A stretch of 47,202 nucleotides of DNA from a virus (Duplodnaviria > Heunggongvirae > Uroviricota > Caudoviricetes), in the IMG/VR virus record IMGVR_UViG_2861038214_000003, positions 1 through 47,202 of that record; one strand, written 5' to 3'. Of the stretch, positions 13,815 to 24,314 are shown one piece after another. Each line of letters begins with the position of its first letter. The stretch's first letter is position 1. The notes under the pieces are model-generated. The model saw nothing but the letters and a program-made list of their open reading frames with translations, made no database searches and was not told the DNA's origin. Position numbers and translations under genes: made by a program.

Positions 13815-14263
13815 ATCGTATCCTGCTTCTGCTGCTCTTTACCCTGGGCGATGCTGGCTGCTTCTGCAAGGATCTGCCAGTACAACTCTGGATTCTGCTT
13901 GAGCAGCGCGATCCCTCGTTCTGCCGTATATTCCAGTGCAACCTCAACACCATTAACCAGTTCACCAACCCCTTTCCAGTCTTTCAGCAGATAACGAGCG
14001 GCATTATCAATGAGTAAATCATCAACAGAATCCACCTCGGAAACCTTTGAAATATCAAACTCCTTCGTTCCGACGTGCAAACTGGCATCCATTTTCTCAA
14101 TGTGGCGACGGATTAATGCATTACGGGAGCGATACTGATCGTTATCGCTGCTTGCCACCAACAGTTTTAACCCGTCTACAGGTTTTAAGTCCTTCATTGG
14201 CGTAAACCAGCGTTCTCCACCAATGATAATTTTCTGATTAAGAATAAACATCCATAACCTCAT
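13802..14263 (-). CDS. Tail assembly chaperone G
   Basis: 153-aa ORF immediately upstream of the tape measure, ending ..QQKQDTIKKP* at the slippery heptamer. Confidence 0.8.
   Translation of the reverse strand: MRLWMFILNQKIIIGGERWFTPMKDLKPVDGLKLLVASSDNDQYRSRNALIRRHIEKMDASLHVGTKEFDISKVSEVDSVDDLLIDNAARYLLKDWKGVGELVNGVEVALEYTAERGIALLKQNPELYWQILAEAASIAQGKEQQKQDTIKKP
13808..13814 (-). promoter_or_regulatory. Programmed -1 ribosomal frameshift site A_AAA_AAG (G/G-T)
   Basis: Minus strand reads GAT ACG AT(A AAA AAG) CCA TAG; the heptamer is the last 7 nt before the G stop and the -1 frame continues open for about 105 codons. Confidence 0.75.
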
Positions 14264-14343
14264 TCAATGCGTCCCCCTGTAGGGCAGTACCACAGGAGGA
14301 ATAACGGAAAATCAACTAATCGCCTCAGCACTGGCTTTTGCGA

Positions 14344-15273
14344 TCACGGCAGCCGGGGAATTTTTTTTCTGGTTATCGTAGGTGCTTCATCTGCTGCGGT
14401 AATGCTCAATTGAACCTGGATAATGTCGCTATTACCCCCATCAGGCCATTCACCTGACACCTGAACCTTCGGGAAACTGAAAGTGTATGCCCCCTCTCCA
14501 TTCGAAAGCGTGAAGCTGAACGGAACTGTTTCTCCAGTCAGTGTTTTACTCCAGATTTCCCACGCGGCTTTAGACCATGAAAGCGTCACCGTACCGGACG
14601 GTGTAAAAGTAGTCGGAATATTTGCTCCTGCATAAGGCGAGCCAGTCCCGATACAACGCTGTGTCTGGAGTTTGTTATCGAACTGAATATCAAAACTGTC
14701 GATACAAAAACCGTTACCTCCGGCAACACCATTCAGGCTTACTGCTGAAACCTCCTTAAACGAATAACGTAGCTTTCCTGCACTATCCACAGGTTCGCCT
14801 TTGATAAAATTCGTATCATCGGCCTTTGATTCCCAGTCCAGTCCGGCAAAGGTTACGGTCGCTGTAATATCGCCGTCGTTAGGGATCTGCATTTTCCATG
14901 AGCCAACCTGCGCTCCTCTGACGACAGAGGCAATTCCGACATCGGACGCATAGGTCGCCAGAGAAAATGTTATTCGCTCATTCCCCATTGTCAGAGAATC
15001 GCCTGACCATTCCGCGCCGAAACAGGATGCAAGAAAATCATCATGTTGACCCCAGCGAAATTTGGTACCAACATCACCGCCGACATCCACAGTGCCAGGC
15101 GTCGCCCCCTGAGCCATCCGGGAGCCACCAATCTCATTATTTTCGCCTTTATTCTGGGTGGGTTTTACTCCCCAGCTTGTGCGTTTTAATAAACTCCAGT
15201 CACCACTTGCTGGCGTAGTGCCTGCAACCGTCTCCCGGATAAATGCCGAGATAACCTTTGCACCTGAACTCAC
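14344..15273 (-). CDS. Major tail (tube) protein, not lambda V-like in sequence
   Basis: 309-aa ORF in the slot between the tail terminator and G; assigned by position and size only. Confidence 0.6.
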   Translation of the reverse strand: MSSGAKVISAFIRETVAGTTPASGDWSLLKRTSWGVKPTQNKGENNEIGGSRMAQGATPGTVDVGGDVGTKFRWGQHDDFLASCFGAEWSGDSLTMGNERITFSLATYASDVGIASVVRGAQVGSWKMQIPNDGDITATVTFAGLDWESKADDTNFIKGEPVDSAGKLRYSFKEVSAVSLNGVAGGNGFCIDSFDIQFDNKLQTQRCIGTGSPYAGANIPTTFTPSGTVTLSWSKAAWEIWSKTLTGETVPFSFTLSNGEGAYTFSFPKVQVSGEWPDGGNSDIIQVQLSITAADEAPTITRKKIPRLP

Positions 15274-15299
15274 AGGAGCCTCCTATGTCATTAATTGCG

Positions 15300-15692
15300 C
15301 TAGAGCGCACGATATGGAATTTGAAGATTAAGCTGGAACCAGCCATTCTTTTCGCCAACGGCTATTGAGGAAACAGCCTGGTAACTGAGACGATCGTCAT
15401 CCTGAAACTCAAACAGTTCCCGCAATTTATCGGCTGTCTCAGTAATGAGTTTTGAACCAGAACCTGCGGGGACAAATAACTGAATAATGATTATCCCCGT
15501 GCGATAAACAATCGGCCCCGCGCCAATTTCATTAACTCCAGCCTGCCCGGGAATATTACTTAACCGCGCCCAGATTAACTTACCGGAAGGATCGAACGTT
15601 GGCGCGTTCGGATACAATACGTCTTTTCCATCAATAATCGTCTGTGCCGTCATTCTGGAAATAACCGTATTTCTGATTTCAGTAAACGTCAT
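15300..15692 (-). CDS. Tail terminator-like protein (gpU position)
   Basis: 130-aa ORF directly upstream of the tail tube gene. Confidence 0.5.
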   Translation of the reverse strand: MTFTEIRNTVISRMTAQTIIDGKDVLYPNAPTFDPSGKLIWARLSNIPGQAGVNEIGAGPIVYRTGIIIIQLFVPAGSGSKLITETADKLRELFEFQDDDRLSYQAVSSIAVGEKNGWFQLNLQIPYRAL

Positions 15693-16069
15693 TTGTAAGC
15701 CTGTAAAACACCATGAAAAGCGTTGGCATACACGCCAGTTGGCGCTTGTTGTGAATGACCGTTTTCAAGAGCCTCTGCATAAGGAAGGTTATTCTGGATA
15801 TAAATAACTCCGTAATTTGCAGCTTTCGAAATAACCCCGATCCCACGCTGAACCGCAATCGTACCGTTCGGATCCACGTTATCAGATATACCAAAATCGG
15901 GATGCTGTAACGACACCAGGTTGTTATTTCTGAAACGTCCGGTATCAACCGGAGCAGCAATATCAATAGCAGTAAGAATCTGCATAGCGATGTAGCGAAT
16001 TTTCAGCCCCACATCTTCCTCAATCATCCCGGCAAATATTGACGGTTCTATATCCCATGCCTTTGCCAT
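15689..16069 (-). CDS. HK97 gp10-family head-tail/tail completion protein
   Basis: 126-aa ORF containing a VDTGRFRNN motif resembling the DTGxLRxS signature of that family, as I recall it. Confidence 0.55.
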   Translation of the reverse strand: MAKAWDIEPSIFAGMIEEDVGLKIRYIAMQILTAIDIAAPVDTGRFRNNNLVSLQHPDFGISDNVDPNGTIAVQRGIGVISKAANYGVIYIQNNLPYAEALENGHSQQAPTGVYANAFHGVLQAYK

Positions 16070-16453
16070 TTACGCTCTCCTTAACTGGATAGAGTAAACT
16101 GATGCGGAAGGATCTACACTCGCTGTAATTACCTCGTATCGTTGTAACTGCCTTAATACAGGATCATAAATCTCAATAATATGGTCGACAGCGGGTTTAT
16201 CCGTAACCTCGCATACTAGAGCGGTTAATTTAAGGTCACCATGCAAAATATTAATCCCATCAATTCTGCCCAGCTTATAACGTGTCAACACGCCTCGCCC
16301 GGTATAGATTGCGGTGGATTCGCCACCAGTTTCCGTCACAGGATCCCAGTGCCGGTGCGTAACGTAAGAACCAGAAAAATCACTCACGGCGTCCGCTAAA
16401 TCCTCATCAAAAGCAGCGGCAACCTCTGACTGAATCTCTTCACGAAGCCCCAT
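16070..16453 (-). CDS. Head-tail joining/head completion protein (putative)
   Basis: 127-aa ORF in the head-tail connector gene block; abutting neighbours. Confidence 0.45.
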   Translation of the reverse strand: MGLREEIQSEVAAAFDEDLADAVSDFSGSYVTHRHWDPVTETGGESTAIYTGRGVLTRYKLGRIDGINILHGDLKLTALVCEVTDKPAVDHIIEIYDPVLRQLQRYEVITASVDPSASVYSIQLRRA

Positions 16454-16848
16454 TATCCCCCCCTCACAACCCTGACTTGTGAGCGACTAAGTCCGTACGG
16501 TTTCAGCAGTGCTATCGCAAGCTGTAAATCGGGTTCAAGCAATACAGTGCTGTTTGCTGGCAACTCAGCAAATGATTTCGATACACTGACCCCGTCAGCC
16601 GACACGGCTTTACTGATAACAACGCCAGAATCATTTTTCTGCTGAAACAACTTACCGAATGAGGCAATTCTGGCTGCATATGCTCCCGCAAGTTTTACCT
16701 CTTCCGGAATACGGGGTGGGTTAATTTTCAGGTTGAAACCATTAAGCCAGGCATTAGCCATTAAAACAGCTTTATTTTTAGCGTTCTCACTCGTCCAGGC
16801 GTTCCCAAACGCATTATCAACGTCATCACAGGTCACGTAAGTGATCAT
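16453..16848 (-). CDS. Head-tail connector/adaptor protein (putative)
   Basis: 131-aa ORF in the connector gene block. Confidence 0.45.
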   Translation of the reverse strand: MITYVTCDDVDNAFGNAWTSENAKNKAVLMANAWLNGFNLKINPPRIPEEVKLAGAYAARIASFGKLFQQKNDSGVVISKAVSADGVSVSKSFAELPANSTVLLEPDLQLAIALLKPYGLSRSQVRVVRGG

Positions 16849-16851
16849 GTG

Positions 16852-17028
16852 TTACTCCTGAGTTTTCCAGCCCATAGCCTTCCAGTTGTCAACTTCATCA
16901 GGATGAACATTAGCGATAGTTGGTGCGCCGGGAAACATCTGATAATCGGTCACCATAACCACTAACTCAATTTGCGTTTTTTGTGCGGCTTCACGCTGTG
17001 CTCTTTGCTCTTTAGTTAATCCGGCCAT
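16852..17028 (-). CDS. Small head-module protein (58 aa), not in the ORF track
   Basis: Found by hand: GGAGGG RBS 5 nt before the ATG; MAGLTKEQRAQREAAQKTQIELVVMVTDYQMFPGAPTIANVHPDEVDNWKAMGWKTQE*; fills the capsid-to-connector gap. Confidence 0.4.
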   Translation of the reverse strand: MAGLTKEQRAQREAAQKTQIELVVMVTDYQMFPGAPTIANVHPDEVDNWKAMGWKTQE

Positions 17029-17070
17029 ATGCCCTCCATTAAAAATGGGGCCGAAGCCCCGTTTGAATGT

Positions 17071-18210
17071 TTAACCAAGAATCAGACAACCATGTGCCGG
17101 CTTCACTGATGAAACACCCCATGCCAGTCCAACTTCATAGCGCACCTGGCGATACTGACGATACAGTGCAATCTGGAACGTAATCCCTGAAATCGGGTCC
17201 GTAACATTCATTACATCATCAGCATTATCGCCACCTTCCGGCATTGCCGGAGTACGGGATGCCAGCAGAAACGCGTTGCGATCAAACGCCATATTTGTAG
17301 TAAAGGAGCCAACAACTGTGATTGCAGTATCATCGGCCAGATCCTGACGCAGTCCGGGCGCTGCAAGAGTAATCAGATTGCTGGTCGCTGCTGCCACAAC
17401 ATACTGATTCGGATCGCCAGCGAACGTAACAATCTGACCTGCAGAAATACTCCCCGAACCAGTATCAATGGAAATAAGAACATCGCCTTCTTTTTTCTCG
17501 CCATTCACGAGATAACCAGTTGCAGCAACCTTTGGCGCTCGTTTTACACCTGCCGAACTGTGAATATTGAATCCCTCCAGACGCCCCAACACGCCCTCAC
17601 GCAGTAGCTGTTCAGTGCCGGATTCATTCACTTTAAACAGTACAGACTGTTTTCCGCGCAAATTAGCAATGGCAGTGGAGCCAAGCACCATCTGCAGATC
17701 GGTTGTCGGTGCGCCGTTATCCTCCAGAACCTGACGAGCCAGAGCAGCATCAGAAAGATCATCTTTAACACCAAACGGCGTTGTCCCTGCGGTTCCCACG
17801 GCGCGGGAAGCACCGAAATACAACGCACCAAGATCAGCCTCAACCTCGTTTGCAAGGGCGCGAAAAGCCTGCTTGAACTGATCAGCCAGAATGGTGTTGT
17901 AAGTCCCTGAAGGGCCAAGAGCCAGTTGTTCTTCACCATTCCATTTAACCGGTGCCATTTTGGATTTAGTAATTTTCACATCAACAGTGCCAATATTTTG
18001 ATCACCGGTATTCGGAGCTGACGGCCCCGGTACGATATCTTCGGTTTTCGCCTCAGGCGCAACTGGCGCGGTTACCGTCTGATCTTTTGCTGCGGCGTCA
18101 GCTTTTGCGTTTTTTGCTACCGCAGGGATAAAACCTACCTGCTCACGGGATACAATATCCAGGGCGGTATAAATAGTCGGGATCAACCCGGTCAGGGTAT
18201 TTCCAGCCAT
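17071..18210 (-). CDS. Major capsid protein (putative; start refined to the ATG at 18210)
   Basis: AAGGA RBS before MAGNTLTGLIPTIYTALDIV..; about 379 aa; sits between scaffold-like and connector genes. Confidence 0.65.
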   Translation of the reverse strand: MAGNTLTGLIPTIYTALDIVSREQVGFIPAVAKNAKADAAAKDQTVTAPVAPEAKTEDIVPGPSAPNTGDQNIGTVDVKITKSKMAPVKWNGEEQLALGPSGTYNTILADQFKQAFRALANEVEADLGALYFGASRAVGTAGTTPFGVKDDLSDAALARQVLEDNGAPTTDLQMVLGSTAIANLRGKQSVLFKVNESGTEQLLREGVLGRLEGFNIHSSAGVKRAPKVAATGYLVNGEKKEGDVLISIDTGSGSISAGQIVTFAGDPNQYVVAAATSNLITLAAPGLRQDLADDTAITVVGSFTTNMAFDRNAFLLASRTPAMPEGGDNADDVMNVTDPISGITFQIALYRQYRQVRYEVGLAWGVSSVKPAHGCLILG

Positions 18211-18308
18211 AATTAAATATTCCTTAAAAATTTGCGTAATTGTGAATAGATGGAGTAATGAGCTATCCAGCCCTGACACCAGCTCCCATCCGGAAGCTGA
18301 CAAATGTG

Positions 18309-19073
18309 TTAATCAACAATTGTGATACCGTCTTTCAATGCGTTTTGCTTACCTGCAACATCCAGTGCATCAAAAGCAAAGCGTTTCATCGTTTTCTGAC
18401 CAATATCATGCTGTGTCGGACGGGAGCCGCCGCCATTGTTGCCACTGGCTTTCAGGATGTAGTCTTTCTGAGGGTAATTTTCGACGAGGAACTCCAGCGC
18501 CTCATCAAACTGCGCCAGTTCGCCAGGCTTCGCGCGGGAATAAATTTTGTTGCCGGAAGCGTCATAAGCAACGATCTTCCCTTCTTCCACTTTGAATGCC
18601 TGCCCGAAGCGGGCTTGTAATAAATCTGCCGGGATCGCAATTTTATCGGCAATATATTTTGAACCCGCAAAACTACCGCCAATCATAGAATCGTAAAGCT
18701 GCGTCTCCAGCATCTGAGAGCGTTGCTTTTCTTCATCTAATTGCTGCTGAAAATTTTTCGTAATTTCTGCCTTAACCTGGTCAACCTGTCCCGCATCGAT
18801 CAGCTTTTTCTGGTCGATTTTTGACAGCATTTCCAGTGCCTCGATCGCCTTCTTCGGGTCTTCGATAGCGGCAAACTTAGCCAGTTTTTCCTCTGCAGCT
18901 TCTTTAGCCAGGCGATGATTTTTTGCCTCGCCATTAAGCTCTGTAATTTTTTTTATCGCCAGCGGTGCATCGAAGCCGATTTCTTTACCATCGTCGTGCA
19001 CATAAACTGGCAGGCCAGCAGTATCAATTTCTGCGTATTGTTTTCCGTTAATCTCGACCGTTTTCAGTTTCAT
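18309..19073 (-). CDS. Scaffold-like protein (coiled-coil, charged); start uncertain (19073 ATG versus upstream GTG at 19145)
   Basis: MKLKTVEINGKQYAEID.. with a long charged helical region; located between the head morphogenesis and capsid genes. Confidence 0.55.
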   Translation of the reverse strand: MKLKTVEINGKQYAEIDTAGLPVYVHDDGKEIGFDAPLAIKKITELNGEAKNHRLAKEAAEEKLAKFAAIEDPKKAIEALEMLSKIDQKKLIDAGQVDQVKAEITKNFQQQLDEEKQRSQMLETQLYDSMIGGSFAGSKYIADKIAIPADLLQARFGQAFKVEEGKIVAYDASGNKIYSRAKPGELAQFDEALEFLVENYPQKDYILKASGNNGGGSRPTQHDIGQKTMKRFAFDALDVAGKQNALKDGITIVD

Positions 19074-19177
19074 ATTAGTACCTGGTTTAAGTCTTCCGAC
19101 AGTTACGCTGCTCACCATCCGGATCGCAGCAATAAAAAAGGCCACCCGAAGGTAGCCTGTTGTAATAAATGATTTAT

Positions 19178-20293
19178 TTAAATCCCTGCTTTTCTGAATA
19201 CCTGTGCATCACGCTCACGGAGTTGCTTCAGCGTCAGCCATTCGCCTTTATCGGTGTAAAATTCATCTGGCGACATACCGCCATCCCGAATCAGCTTTGC
19301 CCGGGTTTCCCCCACAATCTGTTTTTGTCTGGTGTAAGGCTGACGCAAAAACCATTCCCTGTAGGTTGTATCTCCGGCCACCACGCCATCCATGCTGGCC
19401 CGCTCAACCGGGGAAATATCACGAACATCAATACCCAGTTCCTTCGCTGATTTCAGAATGAACGTTTCCGTTGAGCGGCAGCAGAAATGAATTTTTCCCG
19501 GCCCATGCAAATAAGGCACACTGTGACCTACAGGTTTATTATCCAGCGTATATTTGAGGCGATCCCTGATTCGACATTGTGGCGTAGTACGATTATCAAG
19601 CGTTGATAACCATTGCTTACCCTTAATCAAATCATTATTCGCGCTGGCAAAACTCTCACGGGCAGTAGCAGCAAGATGTCCAACCGCTGTTTTTGCAATG
19701 CTGGCCGCATTAGCCCGGCTCATCTGCAATGCACCATCCTGAAATCCCTTGCTGACATGTCCCCGAATTTTTCTTGCGATCTGCTCATTGGTATCCCCCA
19801 GCAAAAAACCCTGACGCACCGTATTTGTTATTCGTCTGAGCCGATCCGCCTCAAGATCCGAGGCCCACTCACTGAGCAGTCGTCCCTGGAATGGTCGCGC
19901 CATTGCAGCGGCGTAAAGTGCATCAGAAGATATACCAACCAGAGGGTGAACATCAGCAACAAAATCAGGTAGCAGAGAATCAAACAGACTTAACTGATAA
20001 CCAGCCTCATAAATTGCCAGCTCGTTCAGCTCTCCGGAGAGACTGGTAAACATGCTGTTAATAGCAGCGCGGTTAACCTCTCTGACACTCGCCAGAAGTG
20101 ACTCCAGGCGCGTAACGGTAAAACTACCAGGATCGAGGCTGTCCAGTGCTACCAGCAGGCGAGCTGTAAGCTCCGCATCGCTGTCATTCAGTATTTTCAC
20201 CATTCTGGCAGCCACACCAGTGCTATAGCGGGATATCCAGACTGCATGAGCAATTGATTCATCATGCAGCCGTTCATTCACGGTTTGCATCAT
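19178..20293 (-). CDS. Head morphogenesis/minor head protein (SPP1 gp7 or Mu F-like)
   Basis: 371-aa ORF immediately downstream of the portal, overlapping it. Confidence 0.6.
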   Translation of the reverse strand: MMQTVNERLHDESIAHAVWISRYSTGVAARMVKILNDSDAELTARLLVALDSLDPGSFTVTRLESLLASVREVNRAAINSMFTSLSGELNELAIYEAGYQLSLFDSLLPDFVADVHPLVGISSDALYAAAMARPFQGRLLSEWASDLEADRLRRITNTVRQGFLLGDTNEQIARKIRGHVSKGFQDGALQMSRANAASIAKTAVGHLAATARESFASANNDLIKGKQWLSTLDNRTTPQCRIRDRLKYTLDNKPVGHSVPYLHGPGKIHFCCRSTETFILKSAKELGIDVRDISPVERASMDGVVAGDTTYREWFLRQPYTRQKQIVGETRAKLIRDGGMSPDEFYTDKGEWLTLKQLRERDAQVFRKAGI

Positions 20294-21680
20294 TGATTTC
20301 CATCAGCATTACACTCTGATTTTTTAATTCATCGATCACTTCCTCTGGACGGGAATCCTGATCGATAAATTTCAACGCCTGCAACACCCGAACCGCATCA
20401 ATCTGACGTATATCACCGCCCTGACGCAATGACTGAACAGCCAGCGCGGAGGATGAGTCAAACACCTGGGCAGATACATCCAGTTCAGTGCGCACATCCA
20501 CATTGCCACCGCAACTCTCTCCGATCCATTCCGCCATTATCTGGAGAATATTATCGAGGGCATCTTCGAGGGAGTTCGCCATTGTATAAAGCGGCGAGTT
20601 TTCCTGCATTCGCTCTTCATTAGTCTGATCAACAGATTTGGTGGATGTATTTTCAGCACGCAGAAGTTTAGCGCCGGCATGACGCATCTGATTTTCCAGC
20701 TTCTCAAGTGATGTTTCGCCAGATTCTATCGCTGCGCCACTATGTTCAACATATTCGAGGCCATTTTTTGTTCTGTCCTCAAAAATCGTAGCGGTGGATG
20801 CACCAACCGTCAGTTCTTCATTCCTGTCCAGCCCGTAGGCCACCAGCAATGGAACGCGGGCAACATGAAGAATATTGTCCTGCTCGCTCTGGCTTTGCCA
20901 GTGCTTGATATTCAGCAAGCCAAGATTAAGCAATGGCGGTGTACCACGCATAAACCCTGTTTTCTTCGTATACAGTGTTACCAGAGGAATATCATCACGG
21001 CTGGTATTCCATGACTCATGAAGCGTCCAGACAGATTCGCCATTAGTACCTTCGCTGCGTCGATAAATTTCAACTCGACGGGGCATAATATGGCGGATCT
21101 GCTCCACCTTCTTCTGCCCGAAATCATCACCATCAATAATGATGACCTCTTTTATACGCAAATCAGTGAGAACAACTTTCCCTTTTTCAACTTTCGATTT
21201 CCATCCAATAACCTGGCGTGGATTCAGCATCGTAACGTACGGGCGACCACCGGCCGCGTTTTCATCGGCTTTTGTCCGAATCTCTTTCATATCCGTTCGT
21301 GGATAGTCCACCAGCGCATGTGCCACACCATACTGAAATGCGAGACTGAAAAATTGCTGCGCCCACACATCCAGTCGGCTCCCCTCCATGTCGATATTTT
21401 CTGCATATTCCCTGATTTTTTCCGGCGTTTCCTCACTCAATACTGTCGGCTCTGCAAATATGCGCCCAATATTTTGTTTGATGCTTTCTTCATACACAGG
21501 AAGTAGCGTAGCCACAGACAGGCGTTTTTTATAAGCGTCTTCATCTTCATTAGGCCATTTGGGGAGATAATTTTCCCCCTGCCTGCGCATTTCAAGCGTA
21601 CCGCCCATCAATGCGTCGTTAATATCCCACGCCTCCAGCATATCGTTATAGTCGAGGTTGGGTGTTGATATATCAGCCAT
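20274..21680 (-). CDS. Portal protein
   Basis: 468-aa ORF directly after the terminase large subunit. Confidence 0.7.
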   Translation of the reverse strand: MADISTPNLDYNDMLEAWDINDALMGGTLEMRRQGENYLPKWPNEDEDAYKKRLSVATLLPVYEESIKQNIGRIFAEPTVLSEETPEKIREYAENIDMEGSRLDVWAQQFFSLAFQYGVAHALVDYPRTDMKEIRTKADENAAGGRPYVTMLNPRQVIGWKSKVEKGKVVLTDLRIKEVIIIDGDDFGQKKVEQIRHIMPRRVEIYRRSEGTNGESVWTLHESWNTSRDDIPLVTLYTKKTGFMRGTPPLLNLGLLNIKHWQSQSEQDNILHVARVPLLVAYGLDRNEELTVGASTATIFEDRTKNGLEYVEHSGAAIESGETSLEKLENQMRHAGAKLLRAENTSTKSVDQTNEERMQENSPLYTMANSLEDALDNILQIMAEWIGESCGGNVDVRTELDVSAQVFDSSSALAVQSLRQGGDIRQIDAVRVLQALKFIDQDSRPEEVIDELKNQSVMLMEINDANRE

Positions 21681-21682
21681 AA

Positions 21683-22993
21683 TTAAATCCGAAGTGATGT
21701 GACTCTTCCGGTCGGTTTGACAATAGGGAATTGCTTAACGATGAAATAACCTCCGGCATCATTCGGGTGATCATTGCCAGATTTTTTATCAGGCTCCCCC
21801 TTATCATCCCAGACCTGTTGCTCCAGAGATTCGGCATATACCGGACAACGCTTCACATTAACTTTATAGCGACGCTCACCATTGGCATTGCAGAACATTG
21901 CATTCATTGAGTTAACGCGATCTTTTACTGGCGGGTTCGAGCTGTTCACCACAACGTTAAAACCAGCCTGCTTAAGCTGGGCTATATCCGTCGTACTTGC
22001 GTTACTTGATTTTCTGGAATCTCCGGAAGCATCTGGATAAATATAAATCTCCCTCACTTTCCGGTAATCATTCCCGTCATACAGCCAGAAGCGTTCTTTA
22101 ATGATGCGGATCATATCCGGCGTATCGTAGGCATTGATGATTTCAGTTACCGCACATGGAAGCCCCAAACGCAGCACATGGACGATCCCCGCCATCTTTC
22201 CAACGTTAAAATCCATCCCAATATAAATCGGCTCCCCTGGCTGCTCCACTTCTTCGCAATTATTCAGTTTCCGGTCAAACTGATGGTAAACAGTACCACT
22301 TGTCAGGTTAGTAAACTGTCCTCGAAGATAGGCTTTAATCAGCTCTGGAGGGTATGATTCAAGAAGCGAAGGAATGTAATCTGCTGGCAGGTTCTTTTCA
22401 TTATCGAAAGTAGATGCCTGCACCAGACCATACAGTGAGGCCAGCTCTGTTTTTTCACGCACGGCTTTAACAAACTGCTCGTAGACAAATTTGAATCCTT
22501 CCGGCGTGGTTGTAACGTCAATACCGTTGCGAAGTCCATCAATCTTATAACGCATACGCGCAATTATCTTGCGCCACGCCGTTCTGGCTTTTTCCTTCGG
22601 CAAAATGTCCAGTTCATCCACCAGCGCATTACCAATTTTGAAACCGACGATCGTTTGTGGCTTCTCCATCGATCTGCAGATAGTGGTTCCCCGATACTGG
22701 CGTCCGTAATAAAAGTGAACCTCTTTATTTCCCTCATTAATTTTTACGTTCAATCCCCAGTCAGCAGCAACTTCTTCCACTGTAGGGTAAAAAATATCGC
22801 GAATTTGGGGATACGTTGGCGCAAAATATCCCTGATTTATACCTGGATGCTCCCAAATCCCCTTGCATATGCCGCCACACCCAACCCATGTTTTGCCCGA
22901 GCCAAAACCAGCAATATAGGCTTTAAATTTATGGGGCATTGAAAGAAATCGCGCCTGAGGCACATTAAGCGTCGGAGAGATCATCTTCATCAC
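21683..22993 (-). CDS. Terminase large subunit
   Basis: Walker A motif AGFGSGKT near the N-terminus and acidic nuclease-like residues in the C-terminal half; 436 aa. Confidence 0.8.
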   Translation of the reverse strand: MMKMISPTLNVPQARFLSMPHKFKAYIAGFGSGKTWVGCGGICKGIWEHPGINQGYFAPTYPQIRDIFYPTVEEVAADWGLNVKINEGNKEVHFYYGRQYRGTTICRSMEKPQTIVGFKIGNALVDELDILPKEKARTAWRKIIARMRYKIDGLRNGIDVTTTPEGFKFVYEQFVKAVREKTELASLYGLVQASTFDNEKNLPADYIPSLLESYPPELIKAYLRGQFTNLTSGTVYHQFDRKLNNCEEVEQPGEPIYIGMDFNVGKMAGIVHVLRLGLPCAVTEIINAYDTPDMIRIIKERFWLYDGNDYRKVREIYIYPDASGDSRKSSNASTTDIAQLKQAGFNVVVNSSNPPVKDRVNSMNAMFCNANGERRYKVNVKRCPVYAESLEQQVWDDKGEPDKKSGNDHPNDAGGYFIVKQFPIVKPTGRVTSLRI

Positions 22994-24059
22994 TCCTTAC
23001 TCTGGCATCAACCACATTAATATTGATCGCCACAGGCTGGGGATGTTCATTATCTTCCACCGTTTCGATCTCTTTGCGCAGCTTCTGGTTTTCCATTCTG
23101 CGTCGTTCAATTTCCAGTTCCTGTAGCCGCTTATCTGCACATAAAGCCCCGCCAGCAGAAAGCAAACGCAACAATTCACGCCGGGCGGCAGCCTTATCCT
23201 CCAGCAGGATCTCAACGCCGAATTTTCCGAGTTTTGCCCCTGCATATAATTGCCGCGCATCCCCATCAAGCAGAGTGGTATCAGCCATATAAAGCTGTCC
23301 CGTTCCCTCACCGCAGCACTTCGGGCAGTCCGGATTGGGTATGACGTTATCAACAAAGCCGAGGCCTCCATATTCCGGTTCGGGTTTGCCATCTCTGGAA
23401 GCCTGCGCCGCTGCCTTGTCGAATTCTGCTATATCGCGCCACTGGTAGAGATGATTCTCGCCCCAGCAATAACGGCAGTTAACACGGCGAAATTGTGCAA
23501 GCTGATTGGGGTCGGCCAGGACAATGGCCATCAACTGACTCACCAGTAAATCCAGGTCTGCGGTATAGCGTTTCTGGTACTGATTGCGGAAGTAGCTGAT
23601 AGCGCGAAAAACCCTGGCATTTCTAAGCATACGACTGGCGTTGCTGTTAGCTGTCGCACCTTGCCCCTCATAACCGGCTAGTCGGTACGCCTCTGTCGGC
23701 TTTTTCCCCTGAGCAACAAGCATCGCAAACTTAGCCTGCTGGTCAGAAATGCCGAATTCATCGGGACAGAACGAAAATTCCTCCGCGTCGCCCTCATTCA
23801 GGCCCGCATCGAATACTGGCTTTTTTTCCTGAGATTTTTCGTTCCGCTTTTGTGCAGTCTGCGCAGATTTTTTCTGCGCACTTTTTTGCGCAGTTTTGCG
23901 CATTTCTGTCTGCGCATTTTTCGGAGGTTTTTTGATGTAACGACGGGCTGTTGCGTAATTCAGTCCCCTTGCTTCACACCATGCCACCGGAGATATACCG
24001 GAGCGGGTGTATTCAGCAATATACTCCTGCTGCAACGCCCCCCAGTCCGGTCTGCTCAT
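22965..24059 (-). CDS. Terminase small subunit-like DNA-binding protein with a long C-terminal extension
   Basis: N-terminal HTH region (MSRPDWGALQQEYIAEYTRSGISPVAWCEARGLNYATARRYIKK) typical of small terminases; overlaps the TerL start. Confidence 0.55.
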   Translation of the reverse strand: MSRPDWGALQQEYIAEYTRSGISPVAWCEARGLNYATARRYIKKPPKNAQTEMRKTAQKSAQKKSAQTAQKRNEKSQEKKPVFDAGLNEGDAEEFSFCPDEFGISDQQAKFAMLVAQGKKPTEAYRLAGYEGQGATANSNASRMLRNARVFRAISYFRNQYQKRYTADLDLLVSQLMAIVLADPNQLAQFRRVNCRYCWGENHLYQWRDIAEFDKAAAQASRDGKPEPEYGGLGFVDNVIPNPDCPKCCGEGTGQLYMADTTLLDGDARQLYAGAKLGKFGVEILLEDKAAARRELLRLLSAGGALCADKRLQELEIERRRMENQKLRKEIETVEDNEHPQPVAININVVDARVRSDEDDLSDA

Positions 24060-24062
24060 CAG

Positions 24063-24314
24063 TTAGTCCTGATTTTTATCCACCCTGAGTAGTTCGCGCA
24101 GAGCAAAGGCATCCCCTTTTCTGGCAAGCTTAAACAATGCCGCTCGTAACTCGGCTTCACCTTTCGCTCTGCCCTTACGGATGGCCGCATAAAAATCTGT
24201 CATTGCTTCCCGATTTTCTTTCAGTCGGTTCAGATCAACATCCAGAACGTCAGCGATTTGTTGTGCAGTCATCCGGCACGCTGCCAGAGACTCGACTTTC
24301 GAATACGGAATCAT
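24063..24314 (-). CDS. Small hypothetical protein (possible HTH)
   Basis: 83-aa ORF upstream of the packaging genes. Confidence 0.4.
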   Translation of the reverse strand: MIPYSKVESLAACRMTAQQIADVLDVDLNRLKENREAMTDFYAAIRKGRAKGEAELRAALFKLARKGDAFALRELLRVDKNQD

